This document shows positions 1 to 9,452 of a DNA stretch of 64,000 nt, in pieces. A program made the position numbers and the translations under genes. The notes under the pieces are model-generated. The model had not been told where the DNA came from. It was given only the letters and a program-made list of their open reading frames with translations, and made no database searches. The stretch comes from Syntrophaceae bacterium. GTDB lineage: Bacteria; Desulfobacterota; Syntrophia; Syntrophales; Smithellaceae. Each line of letters begins with the position of its first letter. Positions within the stretch are counted from its first letter, which is position 1. The DNA lies in NCBI GenBank assembly GCA_009773315.1, contig WRPE01000009.1:1337-65336 (forward strand), written 5' to 3'.

Positions 1-1650
1 ATAATGCTTTCCGGTTGACGGGTTAAACCAACGATACAGTTCCCGGGTGTTTGTCATGCGCGATGTCGCAATATTACCAATGATGCCTTCGTAAACATAA
101 CCGTCTAGTTTTTTGCCGCCACCGGTTCGGTCATAATGGTAAAAATGATCCTTGAGGAGAGGGTTATACCAACGAAAAAAACTTGTCGTGCCGGGTGTTT
201 GCGGCACGAAAAGCCTAAAGGCGATACCCTCTTTCAAATAACCATTCTGAATCAGTCTTATAGATTCTGCCTGGGGATCGGCCGTAAACAGACTGTCAAG
301 ATCTTTTGAATACAAATAAACATCAATAACTTTATGCCCCGAATCGGAAAGCACATCAACAAAGACTTCCGCAATTTCTTCTCCAATATTGGATTTAAAG
401 ACAATCTGGTCGCCGTAATGACCCGGAGCAAGATATGACGTATCTACTTTAACGTTGATATAGTCCGTTTCACTCATGGTTGTGCCGGAATGGGGAAAGA
501 CCGTGATCCAGCCCTTGGGACCCCGCATGATTTCCTTACCGAATACTTTGACGCCCTCCAGTTCCAAGCTACCTTCTCTGATTACTATTGTAATAGCATG
601 CGGACCGTCTGTCAGTCCGTCGGCAATCAGTAATTCCTTCTTTCCCCATTCACGGGATAATACGTCCGGTAGGTTCAGCATGACGTCATTAAGATAGATG
701 GAATATTTATCATCTTCCGTATGGGACTGTAAGAAAACACTGATACCGGTTCCATTAAATCGAAATTTGATAGCGCATGCACTACCTTTGCTTAAAGGGT
801 GTCCGTTTTTTTCCGTCCATTTTCCGATCAATTCCATGGAATCTTTCAGATGTTCGGGAATAACGTATTTCCCTTGTTCCGGCAGTTCTTCGTTATGAAA
901 CGAGAAGTATCTTTCTTTTTGTAATTCCTTCATGAATTCAGTTGACCTGGCTTGTGACGGGAAAACTGACCATCTCAACATTTCCCTGCTCTTATTGGTC
1001 AGCTCTATTCTTTTAGATATTATTTTACCGGGCAATTGCGCGCCCAAATCAAGACGCTGCGGATTTAAACTGATGGACGGAATCTCCTGCAGCGCATGAA
1101 TTCGGAAATCCACAAATATGGTTCTTTGACCTCCGGTTGACATCAGCCTGATTGCCTTTCGGTACTGGCCGGCTTTTAAGTCTTTTTGGCAGATGAACTC
1201 TTTTCCCGCGGCTTCCAGCTTCATGCTGGTCCGATAGGTGGGAATTCTTGATTTTTCCCATAAAACATTCACCTTGCTTTCAGCGACCTTCAATTCCAAA
1301 CGCAGAGATATCGGTTCATTGGATACCGTCCCTCTAAGTGTTTTACCGGCGATAATCTCCCATTCTTCTGGGCAGGATGTGGACCAGTCTATTACTCCCG
1401 GTGCAATATTCTTTACTGCAAATTCTCCAAAGGCGGTTTCACCCGGCCTAATGGATCCCAAATCAATTTCCCGCGGCGTGACCGTGAGAACAGGACGCTG
1501 TTCTTCCTTATTTATGTTCTTTGAATTGGCGATACCCGAAGAATGCTGTTGGTTTGTTTTATAATCTGAACGGGGTTGTGCATAAGAATTGAATGACCAA
1601 AAAATCAAAACCGTAAACATGGAGATAAAATAAATAAATTTTTTAAACAT
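1..1650 (-). CDS. Secreted protein with Ig/BACON-like domains and C-terminal DUF5648-like repeats (3' end runs off the window)
   Basis: Not in the ORF track because no stop is reached. Manual translation from ATG 1650 gives signal peptide MFKKFIYFISMFTVLIFWSFNSYA, two 'P.E/RIDLG' Ig-like starts and, in the same frame near base 1-240, 'FFRWYNPLLKDHFY...GYVYEGIIG...LYRWFNPSTGKHY'. The frame was spot-checked, not read at every codon. Confidence 0.75.
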   Translation of the reverse strand, partial: MFKKFIYFISMFTVLIFWSFNSYAQPRSDYKTNQQHSSGIANSKNINKEEQRPVLTVTPREIDLGSIRPGETAFGEFAVKNIAPGVIDWSTSCPEEWEIIAGKTLRGTVSNEPISLRLELKVAESKVNVLWEKSRIPTYRTSMKLEAAGKEFICQKDLKAGQYRKAIRLMSTGGQRTIFVDFRIHALQEIPSISLNPQRLDLGAQLPGKIISKRIELTNKSREMLRWSVFPSQARSTEFMKELQKERYFSFHNEELPEQGKYVIPEHLKDSMELIGKWTEKNGHPLSKGSACAIKFRFNGTGISVFLQSHTEDDKYSIYLNDVMLNLPDVLSREWGKKELLIADGLTDGPHAITIVIREGSLELEGVKVFGKEIMRGPKGWITVFPHSGTTMSETDYINVKVDTSYLAPGHYGDQIVFKSNIGEEIAEVFVDVLSDSGHKVIDVYLYSKDLDSLFTADPQAESIRLIQNGYLKEGIAFRLFVPQTPGTTSFFRWYNPLLKDHFYHYDRTGGGKKLDGYVYEGIIGNIATSRMTNTRELYRWFNPSTGKHY

Positions 1651-1817
1651 GGTTCCCTCTTAAAAACGAATTACAGCTTACTATCGCAAAGATGAATTTT
1701 ACGCAATAATTTTAAAACACTTGACAGAGGTACTGAAGAAGATGTACGTTCGCGCAAATTTTCAAGACACCCGCTAAAAAATGGGAGCTGATACAGATAC
1801 CCTGTCATTGTTATCCT

Positions 1818-2960
1818 ATGAATTATGAAAATTTAAAATACTGGATGGCTTTAAAGTCCATTGACGGAATCGGTAATGCGTCGTTTCAACCGCTGTTGGA
1901 TCATTTCCGCTCTCCGTCCGCTGTTTTTTCGGCAACCATTCACGATCTTTCCGCAATTCCCGGAATCAGCAAAAAAAGCTCGGCAGCCATCGTTTCATTT
2001 AAGGATTGGGACACAATTCTTCGTCAACTGGATGGGCTTGAGAAAACAGGGGTTCATATTATTACCTGTCTGGATGAACTCTACCCGCGAAATCTTCTTA
2101 ATATTTATGACCGACCTGCTTTCCTTTACGTTTTGGGCCATCTGGAAAAAGATGATATCAATCTCGGCATCGTTGGTTCGAGAAATGCCAGTACCTACGG
2201 CAGATATACGACGGACAGAATCAGCCGGGAACTTGCACTCAGAGGCATTACGATTGTCAGCGGCATGGCGCGGGGCATCGATTCCTGCGCGCATCGCGGT
2301 GCTCTTGCCGTACAGGGACGCACGATTGCCGTCCTGGGCAGCGGTCTGGATGTGATTTATCCGCCGGAAAACAAAAAATTGTTTGCTGATATTTCTCAAA
2401 ACGGTGCGGTGATCTCAGAATTTCCACTGGGAACTCAACCTCTCTCTTATCATTTCCCGGCACGCAACCGTATCATCAGCGGTTTGTCCTACGGTGTTGT
2501 CATTGTCGAAGCCGGAGAGAAAAGCGGCTCTCTCATCACGGCCAGACTGGCAATGGAACAGGGGCGCGAAGTTTTCGCGATTCCCGGCACGATTGATTCC
2601 GCTTCCTCTCGCGGCACCAACAGCCTGATCAAGCAAGGAGCCAAGTTAATAGATAACATCGACGACATTCTGGAAGATATTCTCCCTCAACTGGAACGAT
2701 CATCCGCACAGCCGAGACACCGAGAGCAGGAGATAGTTCCCCCGGGTGCTTCACGCGCAGACGTTGAAACAAACACAGATTCACTCCGTCCCATTGATCA
2801 GAAGATATTGAGGACTCTGTCCCAGAGAAAGATGCATGCCGACGATATTATTGCAGACACAGGCTTGTCTCCTGCTGATGTGTTGAGCGCTCTTATAACT
2901 TTAGAATTAAAAGGAATTATTTTACAACATCCGGGGAAAATATTTTCATTAAAAAAATAA
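1818..2960 (+). CDS. dprA: DNA-processing protein DprA/Smf
   Basis: GIVGSR, SGMARGID, FPARNRIISGLS and EAGEKSGSLITA motifs; C-terminal winged helix. Confidence 0.97.
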   Translation: MNYENLKYWMALKSIDGIGNASFQPLLDHFRSPSAVFSATIHDLSAIPGISKKSSAAIVSFKDWDTILRQLDGLEKTGVHIITCLDELYPRNLLNIYDRPAFLYVLGHLEKDDINLGIVGSRNASTYGRYTTDRISRELALRGITIVSGMARGIDSCAHRGALAVQGRTIAVLGSGLDVIYPPENKKLFADISQNGAVISEFPLGTQPLSYHFPARNRIISGLSYGVVIVEAGEKSGSLITARLAMEQGREVFAIPGTIDSASSRGTNSLIKQGAKLIDNIDDILEDILPQLERSSAQPRHREQEIVPPGASRADVETNTDSLRPIDQKILRTLSQRKMHADDIIADTGLSPADVLSALITLELKGIILQHPGKIFSLKK

Positions 2961-3101
2961 AATGCTTTACAAATGCATATTGACCATTTATATGGTGCAC
3001 CGAAATGCAGGGAGAAAGCTTTGATAATCATCATTTAAGATATTGTTTTCTCAATTAATAAAACTATTAAAAAATTCGTATAAAAGAGGACCCATCGCCA
3101 G

Positions 3102-5618
3102 ATGTCCAAAAAACTCGTTATTGCTGAAAAACCATCCGTAGCCCGTGATATCGCCAGCTCTTTGGGAGGCTTCAAGGCCCGCGGAAAAGTATTTGAACGT
3201 GATGACATGATTGTATGTTCCGCTTCAGGCCATCTTGTTGAATTGTGTATGCCGGAGGAAATCGATAAGAAAAAATATGGTTTCTGGAAGCTGGACACCC
3301 TTCCTATTCTTCCGGAAATATTTCCACTGCGCCCGTCGAAAAGCAATGGCTACAGAGGCGCTGTCCGCAAGAAGAAGGATACGGAAGATACGAACGGAGA
3401 GGAAGGTTCGGAACTCCTGAACATCATCAAGCGGGAGGCCAAACGTAAGGAGGTGACGGGCATTGTTAATGCCTGCGACGCCGGGCGTGAAGGCGAGCTT
3501 ATTTTTACATACATTATGAAATACCTGGAAATAAAAAAGCCCGCTGAACGCGTCTGGTTGCAGTCCATGACGCCCGCCGCCATTCGGGAAGGATTCGCCC
3601 ACTTGTTTCCCGCGCAAAAGAAAGCAGGCCTGGCCGAAGCCGCCGTTTGCCGGTCGGAATCGGACTGGTTGGTGGGCATCAACGCCACGCGCGCCTTCAC
3701 TGTCCGCCTGGGTGGGCGCAAAAGCAGGGAAGCCGTTAATCTGGGACGAGTTCAAACTCCCACACTGGCCATATTGGTGACACGGGAACGTGAAATCCAG
3801 GCTTTCCAACCGCGCGACTACTGGAACGCCAGAGGCTTTTTCGATGTTTCCGGAGAAGCATATGAGGGGATCTGGATCAAGGAAGATTTTAAGAAAAATC
3901 TCAACGATCCGGAAAATCGCGCCGACAGGATATGGAACAGACAGGACGCGGAAAGCATCAAGGAGCGCTGCACGGGAAAGCCGGCTGCGGCGACCGATAA
4001 GCACAAGGAAACCAAGGAAGCCCCGCCGTCACTTTTTGATCTAACCACTTTACAGCGTGAATCCAACAAGCGCTTCGGACTTTCGGCAAAGTCAACCCTG
4101 TCCGCCGCGCAAGCGCTGTATGACAAATACAAAGTGCTCACCTATCCGCGCACGGACAGTAAATGCCTTCCGGAAGATTATCCCACTGAAGTCAGCCGCA
4201 TCATGTCATCTTTGGGAGGTGATTATGCCCCGCTGGCTAAAAAAATTGGCGACCCTTCTAAGGCAGTCATGGCACGCCGCATTTTTGATAACACAAAAAT
4301 TTCGGACCATTTTGCCATCGTTCCAACCGGTGAAATCCCTGCCGGTCTCAGTGAAATCGATAAAAAAGTCTATGATCTGGTTGTGCGCCGGTTTCTGGCC
4401 GCGTTCATGGATTCTTCCGTATGGAAGGTTGTGGAACGGACAACCCGTGTCGGAGATGACGCTTTTCGCACAACGGCCAGGATTCTGGCGGTAGCCGGCT
4501 GGAGAGAAGCCTTCGGTAAGGAAGACGACCTGGAGCCGGAAATCGGCATCGCGAATCGCCTGCCAGGGCTGGACAACACCAACGCTAAAATCCAGACTAT
4601 CAAAATTGAACTCAACGGCTGCCAGACCAATCCACCGCCTCGTTACAACGACGCCACACTGCTGGCCGCGATGGAAACCGCGGGAAAGCTTTTGGATGAC
4701 GAGGAATTAGCGGAGGCGATGAAAGAACGCGGACTAGGAACCCCCGCAACCCGGGCGGACACCATTGAAAGGCTGATTGGAGCGCGTTATGTGACACGCG
4801 ATCGAAGGGATTTGATGCCGACAGCAAAAGCGATGAATGTTATTCAACTGTTGGAAGCCATCCCCGTCGAGGGGCTTGTTTCGCCGACCCTTACCGGCGA
4901 ATGGGAGCATAAATTGCTGTTAATGGAGAAAGGACAAATTTCGCGATCCGATTTTATGCGCGAAATAAATAATTTTACTGAAAATATCGTGGAAAAGGCA
5001 CGTGGCATCAGCCATGACGCAACTGATCTCGTTTGCGACAAATGCAATTCCCCCATGATAATCAAATGGGGAAAGAACGGCCGTTTCCTGTGCTGCTCCA
5101 ACTATCCCGAATGTAAAAACATAAAAAATTTCACCTCTGACGAAAATGGAAAGGTCAAGCAAGTGGAAAATCAAGAAACCGACATCAAATGCAACAAATG
5201 CGGCAAAAGTATGACGGTCAAGGAAGGACGGTTCGGGCAGTTTCTGGCCTGTTCGGGTTATCCGGAATGCAAGAATACCATGAACGCCGCGAAAAACGAG
5301 AACGGTGAAATCATCGCGCAGGAAGCACCGATAACCGATGAAGTTTGCGAGTTGTGCGGCAAACCGATGGCTGTCAAACGCGGCCGCTATGGTCAGTTTT
5401 TAGGCTGTTCCGGTTATCCCGAATGCAAAAACATCAAGAAGATGGGCAAGGACGGCAAGATGGCGACGCAGGAAACGCCGACAACCGATGAAGTTTGCGA
5501 ATTGTGCGGCAAACCGATGGCCGTCAAGCGGGGCCGCTACGGTCAATTCCTGGGCTGTTCCGGCTATCCCGAATGCAAAAACATCAAAAAAACACCTAAA
5601 AATAAGTCAGGTGAATAA
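3102..5618 (+). CDS. Type IA DNA topoisomerase (TopB/Topo III-like core, four C-terminal zinc ribbons)
   Basis: IAEKPSVARDIA, NACDAGREGELIF, GRVQTPTL, TYPRTD and GLGTPATRA motifs; four CxxC...GxFLxCSxYPECK repeats. Confidence 0.93.
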   Translation: MSKKLVIAEKPSVARDIASSLGGFKARGKVFERDDMIVCSASGHLVELCMPEEIDKKKYGFWKLDTLPILPEIFPLRPSKSNGYRGAVRKKKDTEDTNGEEGSELLNIIKREAKRKEVTGIVNACDAGREGELIFTYIMKYLEIKKPAERVWLQSMTPAAIREGFAHLFPAQKKAGLAEAAVCRSESDWLVGINATRAFTVRLGGRKSREAVNLGRVQTPTLAILVTREREIQAFQPRDYWNARGFFDVSGEAYEGIWIKEDFKKNLNDPENRADRIWNRQDAESIKERCTGKPAAATDKHKETKEAPPSLFDLTTLQRESNKRFGLSAKSTLSAAQALYDKYKVLTYPRTDSKCLPEDYPTEVSRIMSSLGGDYAPLAKKIGDPSKAVMARRIFDNTKISDHFAIVPTGEIPAGLSEIDKKVYDLVVRRFLAAFMDSSVWKVVERTTRVGDDAFRTTARILAVAGWREAFGKEDDLEPEIGIANRLPGLDNTNAKIQTIKIELNGCQTNPPPRYNDATLLAAMETAGKLLDDEELAEAMKERGLGTPATRADTIERLIGARYVTRDRRDLMPTAKAMNVIQLLEAIPVEGLVSPTLTGEWEHKLLLMEKGQISRSDFMREINNFTENIVEKARGISHDATDLVCDKCNSPMIIKWGKNGRFLCCSNYPECKNIKNFTSDENGKVKQVENQETDIKCNKCGKSMTVKEGRFGQFLACSGYPECKNTMNAAKNENGEIIAQEAPITDEVCELCGKPMAVKRGRYGQFLGCSGYPECKNIKKMGKDGKMATQETPTTDEVCELCGKPMAVKRGRYGQFLGCSGYPECKNIKKTPKNKSGE
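5317..5590 (+). repeat. Tandem duplication (150-bp period) of the last two zinc-ribbon modules
   Basis: TDEVCELCGKPMAVKRGRYGQFLGCSGYPECKNIKK occurs twice identically; CGCAGGAA at 5317 and 5467. Confidence 0.9.
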
Positions 5619-6939
5619 AATCGCTGACGTCATCATCATCGGCGGCGGCCTGGCCGGCTGTGAAGCGGCATGGCAGCTTCTGCGACGCGGCCATGCGGTT
5701 CATCTTTTTGAAATGAAGCCGCAGAAGTTTTCTCCCGCCCATAAAATGGAACACCTGGCGGAACTGGTTTGCAGCAATTCTCTCAAATCCAACAGTCCCG
5801 ACAGCGCCCCCGGCCTGCTTAAAGCAGAACTGCGCAGGCTTCACTCCCTGATCCTCTCAGTTGCCGATCAAACAGCCGTTGCGGCAGGATCCGCTCTGGC
5901 TGTGGATCGTATCGAATTTGCCCGCAAGGTTGAAGCAGAATTATTACAGCAAAAGAATTTTACGCTGAGCCGGATGGAAATCACCGAGATACCCTCTGGT
6001 GCTTTAACCATCATTGCCACAGGCCCTCTTACTTCCGACGCGATGGCTCAGTTCATTCATGCACTGCTTGCCGGTTCTTATCTTTATTTTTATGATGCCA
6101 TCGCGCCGATCGTGGAAGCTGATTCCATCATCATGGATAAGGTTTACTGGGCATCGCGCTACGATAAAGGCACGCCAGACTATCTCAACTGTCCGCTTTC
6201 CGAAAAAGAGTATAAACGCTTCCGGCAGGAATTGCTGGCGGGTGAAAAAATTGCCGCCAAATCGTTTGAAGAAGTAAAACATTTTGAAGGCTGCCTGCCT
6301 ATAGAAGTGATGGCAGCGCGTGGTGAAGATACGCTGGTCTTCGGCCCGATGAAACCGGTGGGATTGATCAATCCGCATACAGGCGCCATGCCCTACGCCG
6401 TTGTTCAACTGCGCCGGGAAAACACTTCCGGCAGCCTTTTCAATCTGGTCGGCTTTCAGACCAAACTGACCTGGCCCGAACAGGAACGAATCTTCCGTCT
6501 GATTCCCGGTCTGGAAAATGCGCAATTCGCCCGAATGGGAAGCATTCATCGCAACACTTACATTAACTCCCCTTGCCTGTTGCAGCCATCCCTGCAAATG
6601 AAAACGGATCAAAATATTTTCTTTGCCGGTCAGATTACCGGTGTGGAAGGTTACGTGGAATCCACAGCCATGGGGCTTTGGGCGGGATTAAACGCCGCGT
6701 CAGTCCTTGAAGGAAAACAACTCCAACCTCCTCCGGTAACCACGGCCATCGGCGCGCTCCTGCACTACATTACATCTCCAGGATCAGCAAAGAACTTCCA
6801 ACCCATGAACATCAATTTCGGAATTCTCGAACACTTGCCTGTGAAAAGAATGAAGAAAAGAGAAAAGCATATTTTATACGTCAAGCGCGCTTTGCAGGAT
6901 ATGAGCATTTGGACGCGGAGCCAGGATTTAAGCACATAA
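5611..6939 (+). CDS. trmFO: tRNA m5U54 methyltransferase TrmFO (Gid)
   Basis: IIGGGLAGCEAA, ELVCSNS and FAGQITGVEGY motifs; likely GTG start at 5611 overlapping the topoisomerase end. Confidence 0.95.
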   Translation: MNKIADVIIIGGGLAGCEAAWQLLRRGHAVHLFEMKPQKFSPAHKMEHLAELVCSNSLKSNSPDSAPGLLKAELRRLHSLILSVADQTAVAAGSALAVDRIEFARKVEAELLQQKNFTLSRMEITEIPSGALTIIATGPLTSDAMAQFIHALLAGSYLYFYDAIAPIVEADSIIMDKVYWASRYDKGTPDYLNCPLSEKEYKRFRQELLAGEKIAAKSFEEVKHFEGCLPIEVMAARGEDTLVFGPMKPVGLINPHTGAMPYAVVQLRRENTSGSLFNLVGFQTKLTWPEQERIFRLIPGLENAQFARMGSIHRNTYINSPCLLQPSLQMKTDQNIFFAGQITGVEGYVESTAMGLWAGLNAASVLEGKQLQPPPVTTAIGALLHYITSPGSAKNFQPMNINFGILEHLPVKRMKKREKHILYVKRALQDMSIWTRSQDLST

Positions 6940-6967
6940 GTCTGCGAACGTTTATAATAGATATGGT

Positions 6968-6988
6968 TTAATCCCGCTGTTGCGGGAT
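6968..6988. repeat. Dispersed palindromic repeat, copy 1 (TTAATCCCGCTGTTGCGGGAT); may act as a terminator between convergent genes
   Basis: Hairpin ATCCCGC-TGTT-GCGGGAT; same core at 16259 and 19054. Confidence 0.75.
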
Positions 6989-7008
6989 CAACTAAAATTT
7001 CCTTTTTT

Positions 7009-7878
7009 TCAGCCGGCTGAAACCCGATAAGGCATCGTAACAAAAATGACATTAAGGCCGTCTTCCATAGAAAATCGGACCCGCGCTGAATATTTTTTTA
7101 AAATTATAAGCGCCAGTAAAACACCTTTTTCCATTTTTGCATCTGCCGGTTCCACTGCATCGCTCTGAAAATAATTGTTGACGATGTCCACATCATTCTC
7201 GGTCACGGATTCACCGTAATATTTTATTAATATAATAATATTTTGACTATCATGTTGTGTTGTCAGAAAAAATTCCTTGCTTTCGCTGCTTAAAGCCTTG
7301 GACATGGCAAAACGGATTAATCTCCAGAAGACCAAAGATAATTCGGCCTTATTTCCCTTAAAATCCGGCATATTGATGTCGAGTTGTACATTTTTTGTTA
7401 TTTTATGTTTAAATTCCAGATAGAAATTGGCAAACCGCATTTCCGCAGCCAATAATTGAGAAATATTAATATATTCGTTCTCTTTGGACGCCAGCACGTA
7501 AAATTTCCCGGATGCGTCGCGGAACATCTCAAAAAAGGAATCCGATTCTTTATTGACGGAGCTGATATCATTCTTGATACGCTGCAATTCATCTTGCAGA
7601 GTAACAGCTACTTCAGGATATTGCTCACGAATTTTCTTAACAGTGTCATCGATGTGCCGTTGCAGGAGATTGGAACGCCCCATAATAGCATTCAAAGGAT
7701 TCGCAAAATTATGCAGGACACCGGGTAGAAGTTCGTGAATAAATGTGGACGTAAAATCGTCCTCCAATGCCTGATAAATTTTGTCTTTTTCCATTCTCAT
7801 CTCCATTTGTTTTATAAGGTTCAGTCTGAATTCCTGAAGTCGCGCATTGATGATTACACAATAAGGTACTTCATACAA
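7009..7878 (-). CDS. Histidine-kinase-like protein with intact H-box and degenerate ATPase domain
   Basis: LHNFANPLNAI H-box; N, G1 and G2 boxes degenerate; real start probably ATG 7794 after GGAG. Confidence 0.65.
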   Translation of the reverse strand: MYEVPYCVIINARLQEFRLNLIKQMEMRMEKDKIYQALEDDFTSTFIHELLPGVLHNFANPLNAIMGRSNLLQRHIDDTVKKIREQYPEVAVTLQDELQRIKNDISSVNKESDSFFEMFRDASGKFYVLASKENEYINISQLLAAEMRFANFYLEFKHKITKNVQLDINMPDFKGNKAELSLVFWRLIRFAMSKALSSESKEFFLTTQHDSQNIIILIKYYGESVTENDVDIVNNYFQSDAVEPADAKMEKGVLLALIILKKYSARVRFSMEDGLNVIFVTMPYRVSAG

Positions 7879-7964
7879 TAAACATTTTTCACGGCCTCCT
7901 GCTCAATATTTTTTTTCAACGCAAAAGCCGATTTATTCCATCTTTTTGTGTTCTTTAACAGACA

Positions 7965-9344
7965 TTATGCATTCGACTTATTTCCCTGATAAGTTTTATA
8001 AATTTCCCGGAATCGTTCGTTAGGGATATAGCCAGCGGCGTCGGCGGAGAGTTCCGGCTTAATCCTTTTCACAAAATACATTTCCACCGCTCCTTTATTT
8101 TTCGCTATGATTTGTCCGCGGGCTTCGGTTTCAAATAAATCTCTTATCCGGACATGCGTTGATTCGGAAATGTTTACCCGTCCTGTCTTCCCGGAAGATT
8201 CCATCCGGCTGGCCAGGTTCACCGAATCGCCCCAGACATCATAAACAAATTTCTTTTCACCCACAACACCGGCCATCAAAGGTCCTGTATTGATACCGAT
8301 TCGAATTTCAAATACTGGACGGCCTTGGCATGCCTTCTCTTGATTAACCTGTTCAACAATAGATTGGATTTCCAGAGCGCCAAGTACGGCATCAATTTCA
8401 TGGGTGTTGTTGATCACGGGCACTCCCCCTGCATACATATAGGAGTCGCCGATGGTTTTGAGTTTTTCCAGGCCGTACTTGTCCATCACCCGATCAAATC
8501 GTGAAAATGCTTCATCGAGTTCACGAACAAGTTGATCGGGTGTCAGCGTCTCCGAGATTTTGGTAAATCCGATAAAATCCGTGAAGACGATGGTTGCGGA
8601 CGGGTAGAACACGGGTTTGACATATCCATGGCCTTTCAGTTCCTCCGCCACGACGGGGGGTAGAATATTCAAAAGCAGATTGTCGATTTTTTCCTTGTCG
8701 GACCGCATTTCCTCGCTCTGCTGTTCGATTTTCCTGGATTTCAGCCAGCTTGCCAGCCGGGTGCTGTGAAGCAGGTAGATGAACGCGATGGCGACAAATG
8801 TGGCGCTGAACAAATCCAGGAGACTGTAGCCGTCGCCCGTGTGGTTGAAGGAAACATGTTCAAGACGGCTGACGACGAAAAACGTCACCAGAGAGGCCGC
8901 GATGATGACCAGGGCATAGCGCCGGTCCACCGGCACCAGGGCCATCACGGTCAAAATGAAGATGTAGCCTCCCATGTATGCGGGATCGGCATCGGCCAGG
9001 GCGGTGATAAGTCCGCAGCCAATAGCCAGATAGGCGCCGATGAGGACCAGAAAAAGCATATTACATTGGGGGAAGCGCTTCGAAACGTGCAGGATTAAGA
9101 TGATAAGGCTGAGGACGGACAGGCCCATGCGGAGTAAGGGAAGCAAGGGTTCTTCCGGATGCAGGTTGGCATCGAGGTAGATGTAGGGCAGCCAGGCCAC
9201 GGTCGTGATGAGGGATACGACAAATAGAATCCGACCGCACTGGTCGTTTAATTCTTCGGAAAAAGTCTGCGGGTAGGCCTTGCGTTCGCTTTCGAAAACG
9301 GCATAGGCATGGAATCGATCCCATACATGTTTAATGGCAGCCAC
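7965..9344 (-). CDS. Membrane-bound class III adenylate/guanylate cyclase
   Basis: About 6 TM helices, then FTDFIGFT, KTIGDSYM and YDVWGDSVNLASRMES. Confidence 0.93.
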   Translation of the reverse strand: MAAIKHVWDRFHAYAVFESERKAYPQTFSEELNDQCGRILFVVSLITTVAWLPYIYLDANLHPEEPLLPLLRMGLSVLSLIILILHVSKRFPQCNMLFLVLIGAYLAIGCGLITALADADPAYMGGYIFILTVMALVPVDRRYALVIIAASLVTFFVVSRLEHVSFNHTGDGYSLLDLFSATFVAIAFIYLLHSTRLASWLKSRKIEQQSEEMRSDKEKIDNLLLNILPPVVAEELKGHGYVKPVFYPSATIVFTDFIGFTKISETLTPDQLVRELDEAFSRFDRVMDKYGLEKLKTIGDSYMYAGGVPVINNTHEIDAVLGALEIQSIVEQVNQEKACQGRPVFEIRIGINTGPLMAGVVGEKKFVYDVWGDSVNLASRMESSGKTGRVNISESTHVRIRDLFETEARGQIIAKNKGAVEMYFVKRIKPELSADAAGYIPNERFREIYKTYQGNKSNA

Positions 9345-9452
9345 GTTATCCTCCTTTATGCTTTTTTAAGCTTGTCCGGACACATGGATGATAAAGCGCG
9401 ATATTCGATTTTTACCTTCAGCGACTCCTGGTGATGCTAAAAATAGCCTGTT

